Part shown: in pieces, positions 59,699 through 64,000 of the stretch
Position numbering within the stretch: the first letter of the stretch is position 1
Layout of the letters: each line of letters starts with the position of its first letter
Sequence record: SRR22947725_2292
Length of the DNA: 64,000 nt
Reading direction: 5' to 3' (one strand)
Position numbers and translations under genes: made by a program
The notes under the pieces: model-generated
What the model was told of the DNA's origin: nothing
The model's input: only the letters and a program-made list of their open reading frames with translations
Database searches by the model: none

Positions 59699-61055
59699 CC
59701 CTAGAGTTCTTGTTGTTGAAGACAACGTTCTTGTCAGCCACGCCGTGCGTGATATGCTTGTTGAAAATGGTTACGACACAGAAGTCGCTGAAACCGGTAA
59801 ACAAGCAGAAAAATTAATTAAAACCGGAAACTTCAACATTGCCCTGCTCGACATGGTATTGCCTGATACTCATGGTAATAAACTCCTTAAAGCATGGGAA
59901 AAGTATGCCGACTTAAGAATTATTGTCATGACTGCTTATGGCGAAGTCAACACTGCAGTTGATTGCTTGAAAAATGGCGCTCAAGACTTCCTCGTAAAGC
60001 CAGTTGATAAAGAATTACTCCTCAAGAGCATGGCTAAGGTATGCCCTCCTGGAGCGGCAACACCAGCTCCTATAGCCGCCTCTACTGCGGCGACAAATCC
60101 TGCCCAGAGCGACGAAATCATCTTTGCCTCAAAGGAAATGGCCAAAACAATGGAAGTTGCCACCATGGTATCGGCCAACGACTTTTCAAGTTTATTAATC
60201 ACTGGCGAAAGTGGTAGTGGTAAAGGCATGCTTTCACGAGCTATTCACAAAATGGGGAGCCGCTCAAAGAAACCATTTGTTGAAATCAACTGTTCTGCAT
60301 TACCGGCAAACCTGATCGAGTCTGAACTTTTCGGCCATAAACGCGGTGCTTTTACCGATGCCAAAGAAGATAAAGTCGGCCTCATTGAACTCGCGAATAA
60401 AGGAACCTTGTTCCTCGATGAAATTGGCGATATGGACATTAAACTTCAGAGTAAACTATTAAAAGCCATTGAAGAAAGATCCTTCCGCCGGATAGGCTGT
60501 ACGAATAATATTAAAGTAGACATCCAAATCATTGCCGCTACAAACGCCAATATTTTTGAATCAATCAATAATGGTGATTTCAGGCTTGACCTTTATTATC
60601 GCCTCAGTGTCATTCCCGTTGAATTGGCCCCATTGAGAGATAGGAAAGATGACATACCTGCACTTTGTGAACACTTTATAAAAATGTATTCGCGGAAATT
60701 TGGTAAGAAGATTACTGGCTTTACTGACAATGCGATCAAAACCATGAATGCCTATCCATGGCCTGGTAACGTCCGTGAGCTTAGTAATGTTGTTGAACGC
60801 GGCTGTATTTTAGCGAAAGACAAATCCATAGATGCCGACCTACTAATGCTCCCCAAAGATGCTTCTTTAATCCCAACGGGCCCTGGTGGTGGATCTAAGC
60901 CTACAGAAGTAATGACTTTAGCGCAGGCAGAGGAACACGCCATAGAGGTAGCAGTCGCCAAAGCTGACGGCAATAAAAATGAAGCGGCTCGCTTATTAGG
61001 TGTCCACAGGACGACTCTTTATAAAAAACTCGAAGAGTACAAAATCGATATTTAA
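59688..61055 (+). CDS. Sigma-54-dependent response regulator (NtrC family)
   Basis: REC domain; GESGSGK, ESELFGHKRGAFTDA, FLDEIG and WPGNVREL motifs; Fis-type HTH. Confidence 0.94.
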   Translation: MMPNPRVLVVEDNVLVSHAVRDMLVENGYDTEVAETGKQAEKLIKTGNFNIALLDMVLPDTHGNKLLKAWEKYADLRIIVMTAYGEVNTAVDCLKNGAQDFLVKPVDKELLLKSMAKVCPPGAATPAPIAASTAATNPAQSDEIIFASKEMAKTMEVATMVSANDFSSLLITGESGSGKGMLSRAIHKMGSRSKKPFVEINCSALPANLIESELFGHKRGAFTDAKEDKVGLIELANKGTLFLDEIGDMDIKLQSKLLKAIEERSFRRIGCTNNIKVDIQIIAATNANIFESINNGDFRLDLYYRLSVIPVELAPLRDRKDDIPALCEHFIKMYSRKFGKKITGFTDNAIKTMNAYPWPGNVRELSNVVERGCILAKDKSIDADLLMLPKDASLIPTGPGGGSKPTEVMTLAQAEEHAIEVAVAKADGNKNEAARLLGVHRTTLYKKLEEYKIDI

Positions 61056-61071
61056 TAAAGATTATAGTTTC

Positions 61072-61107
61072 AATAAAAAAGCGCCTTGAGAAAGGCACTT
61101 TTTTATT
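61072..61107. terminator. Bidirectional rho-independent terminator
   Basis: AATAAAAAAGCGCCTT-GAGA-AAGGCACTTTTTTATT. Confidence 0.7.
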
Positions 61108-63317
61108 TATTCCCAGTACTCGGCTTTCTTAATCTTCACCGCACATGCTTTGTATGACGGTTGACGTGAGTACTTATCAAATGACGGAAAGGTCAACATA
61201 TTGGTCTCAATGTAATGCATCGGCATGAAAACCTGGCCTTCTTTGACATGGTAACTAGGGCAAGCACGCGCTTTAATTTTTCCGCGGCGTGAAATAACCC
61301 AAATCCACTCAGAAGGTTCAACTCCCATTTTCCGGGCTTCTGTAGAATTTATTTCTACATAAACTTCATTCGGATAAAGTTTACGCAAGACTGCCGATTT
61401 TTTAGTACGCGTCTGCGTATGCCACTGAGAAGACGTACCACGACCGGTGAGCAGCCAGTGCTTATATTCTCTACAAGGAGCTTCTAAAGGCTTTCTGGGC
61501 TCTTCAAATAAAAACTTTGCTTTACCGTCTGCATGATAAAATTTATTATCCTCAAATAAACGGCGTTCACTCACAATAGTCTCTGTACCTTTAGGCAAAG
61601 GCCACTGAATACCGCCATTTTCATCAATCATCCGGTAATCTTTTATACCCGTGATATCACAAGGCTGATCAATAGTACAATCCCGCAACATTTTAAAAAC
61701 GGCTTCTGCCGAAGTCCACTTCTTAAAAAGATCAGCACAACCCCAATATTCCGCGACGAGCTTAAAAATATTAAAATCTGAAAGAGCTTCACCTGGTGCT
61801 TTTCGCACTTTTTTAACTAAGCCGAAACGGCGCTCTGAGTTCACAAAAGTACCATCTTTCTCAGCCCAAGCGGCGGCTGGCAACACCAAGTCTGCTAATT
61901 CAGCAGTTTCTGTCGTATGGTACATGTCTTGAACTACGAGGTAATCGAGATTCTTTATAACATCTCTAAAGCCCTTTTGGTTAATCCATGAGTGAGCCGA
62001 GTTCGTAGCGATAACCCACAAACCTTTAATTTTCCCTTGGGAAATTCCTTCGATAATTTGATCGTAAGCCCAACCGAGCTTATCAGGTATAACAGCAGGA
62101 TCTATCTCTAAAATATTCGCTACTTTTTCGCGATGTTCCGGATTTGAAAAGTCATGGCCACCAAGAAGATTCGTAGTATTACTGAATAAGCGCGAACCCA
62201 TTGCATTACATTGACCAGTAATCGAATTTGCGCCAGTTCCTGGACGACCGATATTGCCCGTCATTAAAGCAATATTTATCATGGACTGGGCAACACGGAC
62301 ACCTTCATGACTCTGGTTAACTCCCATAGTCCACCAAAATGAGACCTTTTTACCAGCTGCAATAGTATCTACTAATTTCGCTAGTTCCTCTGGGGGAATA
62401 CCTGATTCTTCTTCAACGACTTCAGGAGTATATTTTTTAACGTGTTCAACAAAGTCATCGAAACCATTAGTATACTTATCAATATAGTCTTGCTTGAAAC
62501 AACCTTTTTCAATGAGCTGATTAGCGACTCCGTAGAAAAAGCTTAAGTCTGACTTCGGGTTAATCGCATAATGTTGAGTTGCCGCTACAGCGGTTTCTGT
62601 TTTGCGTGGGTCAACTACAATTATTTCTGGATTATTTTTGTTTAAATGAACTCTTTCCCACATGATAGGGTGAGCAATACAAGGGTTGGCTCCCACAAAA
62701 ACTAAAACATCAGACTCTTCAAAATCTTTATAAGTATAAGGAGGAGCATCAAAACCAAAACTTTGCTTGTAAGAAACGACTGCCGTAGCCATACACTGGC
62801 GGGTATTGCCATCACCATGGAGCATATTCATACCAAACTTCGTCAGAGCGCCTAAAAAGGCAAGTTCTTCTGCAACGATCTGACCGGTACCAAGAAAAGC
62901 TACAGATTCATTACCGTACTTCTCTTGTATACCTTTAAAGTTATCGACCATGCGCGTCATGGCGCTATCCCAAGAAGTCTGAATCAATTTACCAGAAGAG
63001 CTTCTACGGTAGGGCTTAGTAGCTCGGTCATCAGCCTTTAATGCCGCAATAGCCTCCCAGCCTTTCGGACAGGCCATACCAAGATTGACTGGGTAATCTG
63101 TATCTGGTGTTAAATTAATCGCTTCACCATCTTTCAGGTGTAGATTTAAACCACAACCCGTAGAGCAATACCCACAAACAACAGTGGTTGTTGCGTCAGG
63201 CTTCATTTTCTCAGGAACTTTACCAAGACCAAAATTACCCGGTTCCAATAGTAGTTCTCTAGTTAAAGGGCCATTCCACTGACGAATAACTTCGCTAATT
63301 TTTTCTTTTAAGGCCAT
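61107..63317 (-). CDS. nasA: Molybdopterin nitrate reductase catalytic subunit (NasA/NarB-like, cytoplasmic)
   Basis: CGYCSTGC...CPKG 4Fe-4S motif; [33 protein letters not shown] and FMPMHY motifs; no Tat signal. Confidence 0.88.
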   Translation of the reverse strand: MALKEKISEVIRQWNGPLTRELLLEPGNFGLGKVPEKMKPDATTTVVCGYCSTGCGLNLHLKDGEAINLTPDTDYPVNLGMACPKGWEAIAALKADDRATKPYRRSSSGKLIQTSWDSAMTRMVDNFKGIQEKYGNESVAFLGTGQIVAEELAFLGALTKFGMNMLHGDGNTRQCMATAVVSYKQSFGFDAPPYTYKDFEESDVLVFVGANPCIAHPIMWERVHLNKNNPEIIVVDPRKTETAVAATQHYAINPKSDLSFFYGVANQLIEKGCFKQDYIDKYTNGFDDFVEHVKKYTPEVVEEESGIPPEELAKLVDTIAAGKKVSFWWTMGVNQSHEGVRVAQSMINIALMTGNIGRPGTGANSITGQCNAMGSRLFSNTTNLLGGHDFSNPEHREKVANILEIDPAVIPDKLGWAYDQIIEGISQGKIKGLWVIATNSAHSWINQKGFRDVIKNLDYLVVQDMYHTTETAELADLVLPAAAWAEKDGTFVNSERRFGLVKKVRKAPGEALSDFNIFKLVAEYWGCADLFKKWTSAEAVFKMLRDCTIDQPCDITGIKDYRMIDENGGIQWPLPKGTETIVSERRLFEDNKFYHADGKAKFLFEEPRKPLEAPCREYKHWLLTGRGTSSQWHTQTRTKKSAVLRKLYPNEVYVEINSTEARKMGVEPSEWIWVISRRGKIKARACPSYHVKEGQVFMPMHYIETNMLTFPSFDKYSRQPSYKACAVKIKKAEYWE

Positions 63318-64000
63318 TATGCACCTCCTGGCATTTTCTTACTCACCACAGCGGCAAAGAATAGGAATCTCTCACAGAATTCGCCAAACAAAGCTAAGAT
63401 GAAAGAGGCCACTGATAATCCTAGCATCATTGCTAAGTTACCTTCTGGTGGTGGCTCTTGAATAGATATTACACAAATCATTAATGGTAGGATAAGACCA
63501 CCCACTAAACCACATGCATAACGAAGTTTTGTGGCAATTGGCAGGTGATTAATCATAACCAACGCTGAGCGTTTAAACATCGAATATGTTTGATCTTTTA
63601 GGTGCCTAAATATACTGGCTTCCCAAGCTAATTTAGCCGTAAATGCACAAATCATTAATAGCGATAGCTTCGAAGTATAAACCTTAGTTACTAGTTCACC
63701 GTGCTCAGGCTGCATAAAGTACACGCCCGCCAAAGATGAGGTCATAATTGTTGCTAAACCGAGCGTTAATGACGTACCGAAAAACTTCAAGCCTGTTATC
63801 GAGCCACGCCACAGTTCTTTCTTACAGTCATCATAAATCATCACTGAACAGATGACACCAAGAATACCACTAAAAGCGACACCCACGCCAATTAATTCAC
63901 GGAAGTGAACACTTTTGATAAAGCCGGGCAAACTAATACCAGTTAAAGACTCTATATGGGCAACCCAAAACAATGCGGCATAAGTCGATGCAAAACCTGC
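63317..64000 (-). CDS. DmsC/YnfH-like molybdoenzyme membrane subunit (partial, runs off the window)
   Basis: Frame open to base 64000; several TM helices; CSVMIY...W and [10 protein letters not shown] motifs; TAATG-coupled to the nitrate reductase. Confidence 0.7.
   Translation of the reverse strand, partial: AGFASTYAALFWVAHIESLTGISLPGFIKSVHFRELIGVGVAFSGILGVICSVMIYDDCKKELWRGSITGLKFFGTSLTLGLATIMTSSLAGVYFMQPEHGELVTKVYTSKLSLLMICAFTAKLAWEASIFRHLKDQTYSMFKRSALVMINHLPIATKLRYACGLVGGLILPLMICVISIQEPPPEGNLAMMLGLSVASFILALFGEFCERFLFFAAVVSKKMPGGA

Noticed and set aside
1292-61098. Numerous 60-175 aa ORFs antisense or out-of-frame within long genes (e.g. 30427-30948, 19908-20231, 59131-59442)
   Set aside because: Fully overlap well-supported CDS and have no motifs; typical shadow ORFs
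1-64000. Mobile elements, prophage, tRNA or rRNA
   Set aside because: No transposase, integrase, phage-like ORF or tRNA/rRNA-like sequence recognised

Overview
A 64-kb, AT-rich, gene-dense bacterial chromosomal segment with about 55 CDS. No rRNA, tRNA, CRISPR array, transposase or prophage was seen. Gene content suggests a marine PVC-superphylum bacterium, probably Lentisphaera-like; this is an inference from the sulfatases, the DUF1552/DUF1592-type pair and the PVC-style cytochrome c biogenesis cluster. Recognisable modules, in order: an exosortase-family gene preceded by the tail of a gene ending in a CTERM-like sorting signal; GT25 and GT11 glycosyltransferases; an FHA-fused DUF1592-type cytochrome protein with DUF1552; TPR and ankyrin proteins; two sulfatases; an arsR-gapdh-arsJ arsenate operon; degP; a pair of RlaP/PF10127-type nucleotidyltransferases; a tandem-SIS (GmhA-like) protein and galE; an ECF sigma/anti-sigma/repeat-lipoprotein/System II cytochrome c biogenesis cluster; several two-component systems (one containing a FapA/DUF342-like gene, one with a split sensor/kinase); an ABC cluster with a pabB-pabC fusion; queA; an inactive+active HtrA pair; rsmD; asnB; and a nitrate reductase next to a DmsC-like membrane subunit cut by the window end. 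The best candidates for undescribed biology are the exosortase with its adjacent putative target, the pseudo-protease/protease HtrA pair with a PfpI-like tail, the ECF-controlled heme-maturation cluster with a shared sigmaE-like promoter motif, and the FapA-containing phosphorelay. All family assignments come from recognising motifs by eye; no database searches were run.
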